From contig OX638340.1 in the NCBI GenBank assembly GCA_951812955.1, positions 2,720,001 to 2,784,000 on the forward strand: a DNA stretch of 64,000 nt, in the 5' to 3' direction. A program made the translations under genes and the position numbers. The notes beneath the pieces are model-generated. The model was not told the DNA's origin. It saw nothing but the letters and a program-made list of their open reading frames with translations, and ran no database searches. Origin of the DNA: an uncultured Gemmatimonadota bacterium (GTDB taxonomy: Bacteria > JAAXHH01). This document shows, in pieces, positions 37,212-47,565 of the stretch (position 1 is the stretch's first letter; every line of letters begins with the position of its first letter).

Positions 37212-40200
37212 TCAGGCTCGCTTCTGGCGAACTCCAGGTGCGATCAGGCGGTAGAGCGCGGGGGTTACGAACAGGACGAGAACCGTGGATATTGCAAGGC
37301 CGCTGAGGCCGGTGTAGGACAGGCTGGTCCAGAGATCCCGCGTGGAGGGATGTCCGGTGATGAGCAGCGGTGTGAGCCCCACGAGCGTCGTCAGGGACGT
37401 GATCAGGATGGGACGCAGGCGCTGTCCGGCCGCGGTTATGATCGCCTCATCGAGGAGCATGCCGCTTCGCTGAAGGCGGGCCATGCAGTCCACGAGCAGG
37501 ATCGCGTTGTTGACCACGATGCCGATCATGAAGACGGTGCCGAGATAGGCGCCGCGGTCGAAACTCAGATCGAAATACCAGAAAACAAGGAAAATGCCGG
37601 TCAGCCCCATGGGAACCGTCATCAGAACGACCAGGGCTCGACGGAACGATTCGAACAGGGCCGAGGTAATCAGTAAAACAAGCGCGACGGCCAAGCCTAG
37701 GGCGAAGTTCATTTCACCTCGGTCAGCCTGATCGAAATCCGACCAGTTTGGCACGTCGATGCGGTAGCCCGGCGGTAGATCGACCGACGCGAGAAATGAT
37801 CGGCGGTAGCGGTCGGCCAGGCGGATAGTTCCGACGAACTCATAAGATATCCATCGCTCGTACTGTTGCTCGCTGCGCAGAATGTCCGTCGAAACGCGCT
37901 TGAATGCCAGTACGCCGGCGTCCCCGGCGTTAATTCGGCGATCCGCGCCGCCTAGCGGGATGCGTTCGAAGCCGGTGGTTTGCTCCTTGCGGGCGACAAG
38001 CATTCGATAGGGCACGCGACGACCCTCGATCAGGAGTTCGCCGTCCGGCTGGTGTCGGTCGGTGTACGGGAACAACGCCGTGCTCAAGTCGTTCAGTCTC
38101 ATGCCGGCCCGCGCCAAGACCCGTTGCGACGGTTTCAACTGTAGCTCGTAGTATGGACCGCCGCTCCCGAACCCCCCACGGGGCGAATGGGTGATTTCGA
38201 CGTTACGCACGCGGCGGTGTCTGCCCAGTTTCAAGGCGAGGCGCTCGGCGTGATTCCGCAGGTCGTCGAAATTGTACCCCCGAAGCCGGTAGTTGATAGA
38301 AACGGCCCTTTCGCCACCCGTTGAAAACCCCTGGCCGTAACCGTAAACGCCGATATCCAACCCTCCGAACCGGGTGGCCATGTTCTCCATCTCCGCTTCC
38401 ATGGCGTAGGGCAATGGCGACCGGGCGGTCCTGTCGATGAAGAGGGTGTGCACTCTGGCCCGCGTTTCCTGTACCGTTGCGGTCACCTGGACGCCTTTGC
38501 CCCCCACCGCCAGTGCATATCGTTCGAAAGCTACCGCCACCGAATCCACGGTGGCGGTTTCCATCCCCGGGGGGCCATATATGACGACATCGATATAGGT
38601 GTAGGCGCCGCCCCAGGAGAACGACGGTCCTTTCCACACGTCTGTAATGAAGAGATACACGCTGAGACCGAAGCCGGTCACGATAGCGACCGCGATCGGC
38701 CATCGCCACCGGATCATTCGAGCGACGACGCCTTTGTACCACCGGCCGATGCGCGTTGATTTCCGCGATCCGGCCTGCAAAGTGGCACCTCGGTCCAGGA
38801 GGCGCCCGATCACGGGCACCCAGATGCCGGCGACTGCCACGGAAGCCAGGAGCGTCAGTCCGAGACCGAGCGCGAAGGGACCGATGTGTTGCTTCAACTC
38901 GTTTGAGAGATAGATGATGGGGACGAGGGCGACGACGGTCGTCAGCGTCGTCGCTGCGACGGGTATCAACATTTCCGTCGTGCCCTGCACCGTCGCACTG
39001 TCTCGATCCTCGCCTTCCTCGCGTCGACGTCGGATGTTCTCATACACGACCACCGCGTTGTCCACGAGTATACCGAAAGCCAGGGCGAGACCCGATATGG
39101 TCAACAGATCGAGACCCAATCCGAGTGCCTTGAAGCAGATCATCGCGCCAAGCGCGGAGAGGGCAATGGTGGAGAGGAGTATGACAACCGTCCGCAACTG
39201 ACGCAAAAACAGCAGCAGTAACAGGACGATAGCGATCAGGGCGACGGACACGCGCAGGGCGATGTCCCGCAATGCCAGGCGCACGTCGTCGCTGCGGTCG
39301 ACGATCAACGACAGGACGACGCCCGAAGGCAATAGATCGCCCAGGGTCTCCATTTGATTTTTTACGCGGTCGGCCACGTTGAGCATGTTGGTACCGGGTT
39401 GCCTGGCGATCTCTACGGTGATCGCCGGCAGCCCGTTCACCCGGGACACGCCCTGGGGAGTCGAGAGGGTCCACCGCGTCTCGGCTAGATCGCCAAGACG
39501 CAGGACGCGATCGCCGTCCGAGGTAACGGGCAGTCGGGCCAGGTCGTGTATCCCGACCGCCAAGGGCGCCGTCCACAAAGGGACCGACGCGCCACGTCGA
39601 CGGAGGGTGCCGGCGGCGTGGGATTCGACGCCCAGGCGCAGGGCCCTGTGGAAATCCGCAGGAGACAAGCCGGTATTTTCCATGCGGCTCGCGTCGAGCA
39701 GCAAGTGCAGTTCCTCTTCTCTGCCTCCGATGACCTCGACGTCCGAAACGCCATCGACGGCCAGCAGCGCAGGGCGGATATCCTCCAGCGCCAGTCGACG
39801 TAGCGCATGATCGGTCACAGGACCGGACAAACGATAGCTCATGAAACCATCCAGATCTCGGAAAATCTCGGGCGGTGCCTCGGATACGCGCGGCCGAACG
39901 TGGGGTGGCAGGTCTGGACGCAGGACGGCAAGCCGGTCCACGACGAGGGCGCGCGTGACGGCGACAGGAGCAGCCGGGTCGCAGCCCGCCTGAACGCGCG
40001 CGTTTCCTTCCCTGGAAACAGAGCGGACTTCGACGATGCCGGGAACGGAGGCCAACTCCGCTTCAATAGGCGCCGTCACGTGCTTGACGACGGCTTCGGA
40101 AGAAGCGCCGGGCCAGTCCGCCGAGATGACGAGGGTTGGGTAGTCTATGTCGGGCTGCAACGACAGGGGCAGTTGCGCTAAGGAAGCGACGCCCAGCGCC

Positions 40201-40268
40201 AGGACGACGAGGCCCGCCGCGCCGACGGCGATGGGACGATGAATTGCAGAGGAGAGAAATCTATCCAT
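37212..40268 (-). CDS. RND efflux transporter permease (AcrB/CzcA/HAE family), second of a tandem pair.
   Basis: 1018 aa with a 12-TM RND layout and two large periplasmic loops. ATG is 6 nt after the stop of the upstream RND gene. Confidence 0.9.
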   Translation of the reverse strand: MDRFLSSAIHRPIAVGAAGLVVLALGVASLAQLPLSLQPDIDYPTLVISADWPGASSEAVVKHVTAPIEAELASVPGIVEVRSVSREGNARVQAGCDPAAPVAVTRALVVDRLAVLRPDLPPHVRPRVSEAPPEIFRDLDGFMSYRLSGPVTDHALRRLALEDIRPALLAVDGVSDVEVIGGREEELHLLLDASRMENTGLSPADFHRALRLGVESHAAGTLRRRGASVPLWTAPLAVGIHDLARLPVTSDGDRVLRLGDLAETRWTLSTPQGVSRVNGLPAITVEIARQPGTNMLNVADRVKNQMETLGDLLPSGVVLSLIVDRSDDVRLALRDIALRVSVALIAIVLLLLLFLRQLRTVVILLSTIALSALGAMICFKALGLGLDLLTISGLALAFGILVDNAVVVYENIRRRREEGEDRDSATVQGTTEMLIPVAATTLTTVVALVPIIYLSNELKQHIGPFALGLGLTLLASVAVAGIWVPVIGRLLDRGATLQAGSRKSTRIGRWYKGVVARMIRWRWPIAVAIVTGFGLSVYLFITDVWKGPSFSWGGAYTYIDVVIYGPPGMETATVDSVAVAFERYALAVGGKGVQVTATVQETRARVHTLFIDRTARSPLPYAMEAEMENMATRFGGLDIGVYGYGQGFSTGGERAVSINYRLRGYNFDDLRNHAERLALKLGRHRRVRNVEITHSPRGGFGSGGPYYELQLKPSQRVLARAGMRLNDLSTALFPYTDRHQPDGELLIEGRRVPYRMLVARKEQTTGFERIPLGGADRRINAGDAGVLAFKRVSTDILRSEQQYERWISYEFVGTIRLADRYRRSFLASVDLPPGYRIDVPNWSDFDQADRGEMNFALGLAVALVLLITSALFESFRRALVVLMTVPMGLTGIFLVFWYFDLSFDRGAYLGTVFMIGIVVNNAILLVDCMARLQRSGMLLDEAIITAAGQRLRPILITSLTTLVGLTPLLITGHPSTRDLWTSLSYTGLSGLAISTVLVLFVTPALYRLIAPGVRQKRA

Positions 40269-40274
40269 GGACGG

Positions 40275-43200
40275 TCAGTTCTCATTGGCGGCGCGGACCG
40301 GTCCGGCCAGCAGTCGGTAAGCGAGGGGTACTACGAACAGGGTCAGCGCGGAACCTATGATCAATCCGCCGATGAGTGTACGCGCCAGTGGCGCGCCCAG
40401 TTCACCGCCCGCGCCGAACCCTGCGGCCAGCGGCGCGACACCGCAGACCGTGGTCACGGTCGTCATTAGAATCGGACGCAATCGGCGCCGGCCTGCCTCG
40501 TGAATGGCCTCCCTGCGGGAAAGTCCTTCTCTTTCGGCACGCACGATGAAATCGACTTTCAGGATCGCATCGTTCACGACGATACCGACAAGGACGATAG
40601 CGCCGATCCAGGTGATGACGTTGACGCTCGCCCCCCACAGGCTAAGGACGACGACAGCGCCCGCCAGCGCCAGGGGAACGACGGCGATGATGATCCACGG
40701 AAGGCGTAGCGATTCGAACTGGGCCGCCAGGATCAGGAGTACGATCAGAATCGAGAACGCCAGCGAGATCAGCATGGACCGATAGGCTGTTCGCAACGTC
40801 GACTGGGCGCCGCCGATATCGACTTCCAGACCGTCCGCCCGGTTGCTCGTCCATCCCGCGTCCGCCAGCAGGCCCCGTATGCGATCGGATACACCGATCA
40901 GGTCGTCACTGTCGATATCCGCGTTTACGATCGCTACGGGCGTCTGGTCGACGCGATACAGTTCGCCTGCGACTTCGACTGGTTCGACCGTTGCCAACGT
41001 GCGTATGGGAACCCGGCCCACGGCCGTATCGATGGGTTCGTCCAGAATGGCCTGCAACCCGGGCTGTTCCTCCTGGCTTCCCCGCACCACGATGGGTATG
41101 CGTTCATCGGTTCGGTTGAACATGGTCGCCGTCCGTCCATCCATGTAGGTACGCAACGCGTCGGCGATCTTCGCGGGCTCCACGCCGAGTTGCGCGGCGC
41201 GGCGTTCATCCACCACGACGCGATAGCCCGGTCGTCCTTCGACCCCCTGAAGGACGACATCAGCCAGCGGCAACCCGGACGCACTCAACAACGACCGCAG
41301 GACTTCCGCAACGTTTCCGGACGTGTTTTGATCGTCGCGTCCGTCGCTTCTGCGCGTGAGCACCTTGATGGATACGTCGGGTTGGTTTCCGATCAGCGCT
41401 GTCGACATGGCGGTGACCGGCGGTTTCATTTCGACCGCGGTTCCCAGGTGAACCGGAATCTGCCTCCTCAAGGTCGCCATGGCCGTTTGGACGTCGGTCG
41501 CGGTTTCATCGAGATAAACCTGTATCTGCGCCTGTTCAAGTCTCATGGCCCCCGGCGCCGACCCCGGCACGAAGGAAGACACGGCTGCGCCCGCCGTGGT
41601 CAGCGTGCCGCGCACCCCCGGGAGGGAGCGAGCGATGTCGGACAGTTCGCGTGCGGATTCCAGGGTGGCTTCCAACGAAGAACCCTGCGACAGCGAAAGT
41701 TCCATCCAGAACGCACCTTCATCGACTTTCGGAAAGAATGCCCGGGGAAGGGACCGACCCAGGTGCGCAGCGGCTGCCAAGAAAACCAGCAACAGGACCG
41801 AAGTCCGTATCGGATGATCGATGATTGCGTCCACGGCGCGGCGATACATATCATGGAACCTGGAGGACCGCGACGATACGCGGGTGGCGTCGCGCCGCGT
41901 CCATCGGGCCACGAGGGTAGGGAGCAGGGTCAGCGCCACGACCCACGCGAGCAGGAGCGTCACGGTGACGGCCAGCGCCTGATCCCGGAATAACTGTCCC
42001 GCGACGCCCGGCGTCAAGGCCATCGGCAGGAATACCGAGACGGTGGTGAGCGTAGATGCGGCCATGGGCAGTGCCACCTCCGTGGCGCCGCGTCCCGCAG
42101 CCGAATTCGCGTCGAGGCCGGTCTCCCGGTGCCGCGCGATGTTCTCGACGGAGATGATGGCGTTGTCCACCAGCATGCCGACGCCGAGTGCCAGGCCACC
42201 AATGGACATGACGTTCAATCCCACGTCTAGCGTGTCGAAAACGAAGAAGGAAGCGATAACGGCCACCGGCATGGCGATTGCTACGGGGATAGCGTAACGG
42301 ACGTTCCGGAACCAGAGAAGCAGGGCTAGGAACGCCAGCACGCCGCCGCCGGCCAGTGCCGTCAGCGCACCCCGGATGGACCGCCGGACGAAGTCGGCCT
42401 GATCGAATGCCGAGGTCAGCGCGATATCCGGATATTCGGCGTAGAATCCCACTATCACCCGATTAACATCGTCGCTGGTCGTCAGCAGATTTGCGTCCGC
42501 GGTCTTCTGGATCAGGACACCGACGGCGGGCATCCCGTCGAACAGTACGGCCCCCAGCCGCTCGCGTTCGCCCATCTCCACCTCCGCCACGTCGCGTAAA
42601 CGTATCGGTGCGGCCCCGGGTTCGCGGATCAGCACGGCTTCGCGCATATCCTCCAGGGACCGGAATGCGCCGTCAATCCTCAGGGCGTAGCGGTAGTTTC
42701 CGCGACGAAGGAGACCGGCGGGCTTGTCCTGATTATATGCCGCCAGCATTGCGTGTACGGCGTCCAGGGTCAGATCGTACGCGGAGAGACGGGTGGGGTC
42801 TATCGTGATCCGTACCTCCGGCCCGGCGCCGCCGATCACCCTGGCGCGGGCGACGCCCGGCGTCTGTTCCAGCCGGGGTCGCAGTATACGCTCTCCCATC
42901 TGTTGCAACGTAGCCAGGGAAGGTCCATCCTCCCCTGATCCGGATCTGAGCGCCAGGCCCATCATGGGCGCGTTGTCGGGATCAGTATCCAGAACCACGG
43001 GACGGTCGCTGTCCTCGGGCAGGTTAAACCGTTGCGCGTCCAGCCTTTCGCGCACGATCTGGACCGTGTTTCGAAGATCGGAGCTCCAGGCCAGTTCGAC
43101 GGTCACGAGGGATTCGCCCTCCCTGGAGATGGACCGCACCCGTTGTGCGCCGGGCAGGTTCCGCAGGGTTGATTCTATGGGTTCGGTGATCTCCCGGACG

Positions 43201-43376
43201 ACCAGACCCGGCGGGGCGTTGGCCCAGGTCGTCCACACGGTGACGGCGGGGATCTCAAGGGGCGGAAGCAGATTGACGGGAAGACGGGTCAGGGCGATGA
43301 GTCCTACGAGTACGGCGGCGCCCATAAGGCAACAAGTGGCGACAGGCCGTTGAACGGCAAGGCGGGAGAGATTCAT
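40275..43376 (-). CDS. RND efflux transporter permease (AcrB/CzcA/HAE family), first of a tandem pair.
   Basis: 1033 aa with RND-typical TM blocks (e.g. LALGVGMLVDNAIISVENI). Confidence 0.9.
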   Translation of the reverse strand: MNLSRLAVQRPVATCCLMGAAVLVGLIALTRLPVNLLPPLEIPAVTVWTTWANAPPGLVVREITEPIESTLRNLPGAQRVRSISREGESLVTVELAWSSDLRNTVQIVRERLDAQRFNLPEDSDRPVVLDTDPDNAPMMGLALRSGSGEDGPSLATLQQMGERILRPRLEQTPGVARARVIGGAGPEVRITIDPTRLSAYDLTLDAVHAMLAAYNQDKPAGLLRRGNYRYALRIDGAFRSLEDMREAVLIREPGAAPIRLRDVAEVEMGERERLGAVLFDGMPAVGVLIQKTADANLLTTSDDVNRVIVGFYAEYPDIALTSAFDQADFVRRSIRGALTALAGGGVLAFLALLLWFRNVRYAIPVAIAMPVAVIASFFVFDTLDVGLNVMSIGGLALGVGMLVDNAIISVENIARHRETGLDANSAAGRGATEVALPMAASTLTTVSVFLPMALTPGVAGQLFRDQALAVTVTLLLAWVVALTLLPTLVARWTRRDATRVSSRSSRFHDMYRRAVDAIIDHPIRTSVLLLVFLAAAAHLGRSLPRAFFPKVDEGAFWMELSLSQGSSLEATLESARELSDIARSLPGVRGTLTTAGAAVSSFVPGSAPGAMRLEQAQIQVYLDETATDVQTAMATLRRQIPVHLGTAVEMKPPVTAMSTALIGNQPDVSIKVLTRRSDGRDDQNTSGNVAEVLRSLLSASGLPLADVVLQGVEGRPGYRVVVDERRAAQLGVEPAKIADALRTYMDGRTATMFNRTDERIPIVVRGSQEEQPGLQAILDEPIDTAVGRVPIRTLATVEPVEVAGELYRVDQTPVAIVNADIDSDDLIGVSDRIRGLLADAGWTSNRADGLEVDIGGAQSTLRTAYRSMLISLAFSILIVLLILAAQFESLRLPWIIIAVVPLALAGAVVVLSLWGASVNVITWIGAIVLVGIVVNDAILKVDFIVRAEREGLSRREAIHEAGRRRLRPILMTTVTTVCGVAPLAAGFGAGGELGAPLARTLIGGLIIGSALTLFVVPLAYRLLAGPVRAANEN

Positions 43377-43612
43377 GATCGCTCAGGTATAGTGGCCGTC
43401 CGCGATACGATAGACCGCGATTCGGGGGTTGGGCTCGCCGTCCTCAACGGGCGCCATATCGACCCGTACATTTCGTCGTCGAGATCAGGCGGCGTGTCGC
43501 GTACCCACTCCAGGTTGGAATCCCGCGCGGTGGCGGGGTCGGAAGATACAACCAGAAGGGCGAAGATCATCACGGGGATAACGAGTTTCAACACGTTGTC
43601 TCCTCTCGTCAC
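43373..43612 (-). CDS. Possible small (79 aa) secreted/membrane protein between the MFP and RND genes.
   Basis: A GTG start overlaps the MFP stop (GTGA), and its stop overlaps the RND start (ATGA). N-terminal hydrophobic stretch VLKLVIPVMIFALLVV. It could equally be a chance ORF in high-GC DNA. Confidence 0.25.
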   Translation of the reverse strand: MTRGDNVLKLVIPVMIFALLVVSSDPATARDSNLEWVRDTPPDLDDEMYGSIWRPLRTASPTPESRSIVSRTATIPERS

Positions 43613-44820
43613 TCCATCATGCTCACGCTCACCGGGACGTCATGGGCCAGCGTGACGTTTCCGGTAACGGCCACTGTATCGCCTTCGGCGAGTCCGGAGG
43701 TGATTTCTCGCCAGTCGTCTGCCTCCCGGCCCAAGGCGACGTAGGTCCACTGGGCCCGTCCATCCCGTATTCGAAAGACCAGGGGGCGCTCGTCGCGGAC
43801 GACGATGGCGCCGGCGGGCACGGCCAACCGGTTCTCGTAGAGCGTACCCTCGATTCGGATCTCGGCGTACATGCCCGGTTTCAGCCGGCCGTCGGCGTTG
43901 GGCAGGTCGGCCTCAACGTAGCCCGTGCCCCTTTCCTCGTCCACAGCGGGGTAGATACGGGCGATGCGGCCTTCGAAGGATTCTTCCGGCCAGGCGACAA
44001 CCCGAATCCGTATGCCGCGGCCGATGTCGACTGCGCCTAAGTCGCTTTCCAACACGGCGGCCTTGACGCGGATACGGGACACATCCATGATCGTGAGGCA
44101 GGTTTCCCCGGCGGCGACCTGTTGACCTTCTTCGACGAGTCGTTCTGCGATGATGCCGGAATAGGGGGCGTTGATGGCGGTTTGTTCCAGGTCCAACACG
44201 GCGCGAGCATGAGCGATCTCCGCTCCGGTAAGGCCGGTATTCTGCGCGATGAGATCATACCTGTGATCCCCGGAGAGTAACTGCACGGCTTCGTAGTCTC
44301 TGCGGGCGGTCTGAAGCGCCGCCTGATCGATTTCCTCCCGCTCGATGGCAGCTTGCGCCTTGCGCCAGGCGTTTCTCTTGGTGTGTGTCCAGGTCGTATC
44401 GGGCGCCGTGACTTCGGTAGTGTCGGTGATGAATAGCGCGTACCTGTACCGGGCGTCCATGAGCGCCGAACGGGCTTCGTCCACCTGGATGCGGAACCGT
44501 TCTTCTTCCAGTCGTGCCAGGAGTTGGCCCTCATTGACAGTTTCGCCCTCGCGTACCAGGACGCTTTGGATTCTGCCGCCTACCCCCGCGCTCAGATCGG
44601 TCCGTCGTCCGGCCAGGAGACGACCGGAGGCCACGATCGTCCTCGTCAGCGTCCTTTGGGTTGCTACCGCGGCTTCCACGGGGAAGGGCTGCGGCTCGGT
44701 TTCCACCGGGACGGCACCCATAGGCTCGTTCGAAGTACCGGTCGGTTCGGGTCGCAGGAATATGACCGCCGCGACAATGGCGAGGATGACGATAATGAGG
44801 ATGGGAATGATCGTTTTCAT
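43609..44820 (-). CDS. RND efflux periplasmic adaptor (membrane fusion protein, HlyD family).
   Basis: Signal anchor (MKTIIPILIIVILAIVAAVIFL), a coiled-coil hairpin region and a C-terminal beta-barrel domain. Lies upstream of the two RND permeases. Confidence 0.85.
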   Translation of the reverse strand: MKTIIPILIIVILAIVAAVIFLRPEPTGTSNEPMGAVPVETEPQPFPVEAAVATQRTLTRTIVASGRLLAGRRTDLSAGVGGRIQSVLVREGETVNEGQLLARLEEERFRIQVDEARSALMDARYRYALFITDTTEVTAPDTTWTHTKRNAWRKAQAAIEREEIDQAALQTARRDYEAVQLLSGDHRYDLIAQNTGLTGAEIAHARAVLDLEQTAINAPYSGIIAERLVEEGQQVAAGETCLTIMDVSRIRVKAAVLESDLGAVDIGRGIRIRVVAWPEESFEGRIARIYPAVDEERGTGYVEADLPNADGRLKPGMYAEIRIEGTLYENRLAVPAGAIVVRDERPLVFRIRDGRAQWTYVALGREADDWREITSGLAEGDTVAVTGNVTLAHDVPVSVSMME

Positions 44821-44823
44821 GGA

Positions 44824-45273
44824 TTATCCTGAATGATTGGCATTCCCCATGAATATCATACGATGCTCGAGAATCAACTTCCGACGTATGGGTTTGCCGG
44901 GTGAATAGCTCAGATACCCCCCGAAGCCTCTTTCTCTTGCGTACACGTGCGCGACGGGTTGGAATTGTGCTCGATACACACTGTAATAGAACACCATTTG
45001 AATGGGACGGATCAGTCTGACCAACAAACTGGCCTTGATTGTGCGTCGAGGGAAATGTACGTCGCCGTCGTCATTGGTTGTCCTATCCTGGCTGCTATAG
45101 GTTTTTTCAAGGGCGAAGTGCCGCCAATACTGGTGTACGTCAACACCTTTCAGCGGGTAACCGTCCCTGTCGAACACAGTAACGCTCCAGGCAGGTACTA
45201 CGGTGGACTCTACAGGATAGCCTATTACAACTGCTGTGACAAGAATGATCACTGTCACAAAGTATTTGCGCAT
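44824..45273 (-). CDS. Hypothetical membrane-anchored/secreted protein.
   Basis: MRKYFVTVIILVTAVVIGYP signal anchor. Overlaps the upstream MauE-like gene by 19 nt. First gene of a lower-GC segment. Confidence 0.4.
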   Translation of the reverse strand: MRKYFVTVIILVTAVVIGYPVESTVVPAWSVTVFDRDGYPLKGVDVHQYWRHFALEKTYSSQDRTTNDDGDVHFPRRTIKASLLVRLIRPIQMVFYYSVYRAQFQPVAHVYARERGFGGYLSYSPGKPIRRKLILEHRMIFMGNANHSG

Positions 45274-45731
45274 TTAAACGCCTCCCTTATTGAAAATGGA
45301 ACGTGACGCGCGTAGACAAGACTTGAAGCGGCCGCCAATATGAACGTATTCCGAACCAGCACTTCGGCAATGGAGACGTTTCTTAAGTCATCGCCTAATC
45401 CGAAACAACCGCACGGCAGGTCTGCCCCGTAATACAGCCCCCAGGCCAGCGCGCCCATAAAGGACAACATCAGCAGCACAACGATCATCGCGCTATATCG
45501 GATCCATACCCCAATCACGAGACATAAACCGGTTGAGATTTCGATCCAGGGCAACGCAAGGGCGAAAGGGACTGCCAGCGGCTCGGGTACAATGTCATAC
45601 GACCGCACGATCTGCGCGAAGAGTTCGAGCTCCGGCATCTTGGCCAACCCTGCCCAGATAAAGATACCCCCTACCACTAAACGCAGCGCCAGGAGACCGA
45701 AGGGAACTATACGATCGTGTCCGCTTGCCAT
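45255..45731 (-). CDS. MauE/DoxX-like polytopic membrane protein with a CGCFG motif.
   Basis: Four hydrophobic helices. LPCGCFGLGD resembles the conserved Cys pair of the MauE (methylamine utilisation)/DoxX-like families. Confidence 0.5.
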   Translation of the reverse strand: MASGHDRIVPFGLLALRLVVGGIFIWAGLAKMPELELFAQIVRSYDIVPEPLAVPFALALPWIEISTGLCLVIGVWIRYSAMIVVLLMLSFMGALAWGLYYGADLPCGCFGLGDDLRNVSIAEVLVRNTFILAAASSLVYARHVPFSIREAFKCANTL

Positions 45732-45755
45732 GATTCATTTACCCCCGATGCATTT

Positions 45756-46844
45756 CTACAATGTGTCGAGAGGTTGCCTGAGCGTGTATGTCACTACGGC
45801 GGGATTGGATGACTCGTCGGCGGGTTCCACCAACATGTACAGACGATCTTCCCGTGTGAAGAGCGCGTCCGGACCTCCCATGAAATCCGGCATCTGGAGA
45901 CTGCTCGCGATCTGGTTCAGATCGGCATCGTACAGATCCATGAAGACGCGGGACCCTTGCGGGTCGGCGAATACTGCGCCCAGCCACCGATCGCCGATTC
46001 TAAGGAGTTGATAGAACTGGCTCCATGAACGCATATACTCCTGCCGTTTCCGCATGTCGTCCAGGACCATCGCGTCGGGCGGGTCCCGCGGAGGCACGTA
46101 GAAGGGCGATCGACCCTGCGCGGTTTTCACGAGTTCGCCATCGGGCGTGTATTTCCTCACGGTATATTCGTACGGGGTCGCGACGTAGAGAAACCGCCCG
46201 ACCGATACAATCCCTCCACCCCGTGAAGCCGCGGCGACATTGTAGTTCTCGGACTGAGGGGCGAATTCATTGAGCGTATCGCCCTGATCGTTCAATTCGT
46301 GCACCACGTGAATTGCGCCGCTGGTATTCACGTATCCGAAAACCCGACCCTCGGCAGTTACGTGTATATCTTCCAATCGCGGCGAAGGCGAGAAGCTGTT
46401 CCTGAAAACATAGTCGTTCCCGTAGATTGAAATGCGTGACAGCGTCATGTCGTAAAGTAAAAAAACTCCATCTCGCGTAGCCGCCAATGCAAGGGGATAG
46501 CGATACTCGCCGGGACCATCGCCCGGAGCGCCGAGGTGTTTTTTGCCTCGTCCCTTCCCATCGAATACGTCGACGCGAGTGGTAACGAAGTCCAGCACGA
46601 TGCAATCACCGTTGGACGCCACGGCGCCGATCTTGGGCAAAGGACCGAGCAGGAACTCATCGCTCGAATCGAGATTGATCCTCGATTCCACCCGGTAGAC
46701 ATCGTCGAATGTCAACGGTCGCTCCTGGCTCGCGCATGCCAACGGTCCGCACAGTCCGCATAGTATGAACAGCGCAATGGCAGAACGCGAAGCGGGACAC
46801 CATCTTGTAACGGGTGTAAAGGAACTGAGGTTTTTCGTGCTCAC
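45756..46844 (-). CDS. Beta-propeller (NHL/6-bladed-type) lipoprotein, paralog 1.
   Basis: Signal plus lipobox (LCGLCGPLACAS). Repeating beta-strand blocks. 35-40 percent identical by eye to 47566..48717 (e.g. GGGIVSVGRFLYVATPYEYTVRKYTPDGELVKT versus GGGILLLGSHLYVITPYEYELRKYDLGGKLIRT). Confidence 0.6.
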   Translation of the reverse strand: MSTKNLSSFTPVTRWCPASRSAIALFILCGLCGPLACASQERPLTFDDVYRVESRINLDSSDEFLLGPLPKIGAVASNGDCIVLDFVTTRVDVFDGKGRGKKHLGAPGDGPGEYRYPLALAATRDGVFLLYDMTLSRISIYGNDYVFRNSFSPSPRLEDIHVTAEGRVFGYVNTSGAIHVVHELNDQGDTLNEFAPQSENYNVAAASRGGGIVSVGRFLYVATPYEYTVRKYTPDGELVKTAQGRSPFYVPPRDPPDAMVLDDMRKRQEYMRSWSQFYQLLRIGDRWLGAVFADPQGSRVFMDLYDADLNQIASSLQMPDFMGGPDALFTREDRLYMLVEPADESSNPAVVTYTLRQPLDTL

Positions 46845-46889
46845 GGTGCGTATCCTTTCTATGTCGCGTTGTGCTTCGCCGTCGTGGAA

Positions 46890-47531
46890 TCAACCTTGTG
46901 CCGCGATGGTATTGATGTAGACGCCAAGCTTCTCATAGAAAGTGACGGTTCCCTGTTCGTCCTGATAATCCGAGTAATTCGCCAGTAGAACTCGATTGTC
47001 ACGTCCCAGAAACACGATCAAGGGGTATCTGTTGTAATCGAACCTCTTTAACAGATGTGATTCGGCGTCCATTACGGCAACGTCTTGAATCCGGTATTGT
47101 TTCAGATGAGAGAGAAAATGGGTCTCTTGAAAATCGGAAAAAACCATAATGGCGTCTATGTTTCTTTCCCTCAAGCGACTACGATACTCGTTGAACAACC
47201 GAAGCTCCATGTCCAGACAGCGGTTGCAGTTCGTTCCCGCAAAATGGTAGATCAGCTTATAACCGCCCGTATCCGAAAACAGGTCTCTGAACCTGGTGTT
47301 GGCGCGCTGCAATCGAGCTAGATCCGGTCCCAGACCAGCGCCTTCAAGCGCATGTTCATGGATGGTCAATTGTTCGCCTATGCTCATGGTCACCTTGTTC
47401 TTCCACGTGCCGTTTTCGGCGGTTAACTCCGATACTCTTTGGAACAGCACGATATTCAATGTGAGCAAGGAAACAATTCCGGCTAAAAGCCATTTTCGAG
47501 GTATGTCGAGACTAACCGCATTCGATGACAT
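46890..47531 (-). CDS. Membrane-anchored thioredoxin-fold protein with a CNRC (CxxC) motif (TlpA/MauD-like).
   Basis: N-terminal TM (LLAGIVSLLTLNIVLF) followed by a thioredoxin-like beta-alpha-beta core around HFAGTNCNRC. Confidence 0.5.
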   Translation of the reverse strand: MSSNAVSLDIPRKWLLAGIVSLLTLNIVLFQRVSELTAENGTWKNKVTMSIGEQLTIHEHALEGAGLGPDLARLQRANTRFRDLFSDTGGYKLIYHFAGTNCNRCLDMELRLFNEYRSRLRERNIDAIMVFSDFQETHFLSHLKQYRIQDVAVMDAESHLLKRFDYNRYPLIVFLGRDNRVLLANYSDYQDEQGTVTFYEKLGVYINTIAAQG

Positions 47532-47565
47532 GCGGACACCTCCTACGGGCTTTACTGTAATACGC

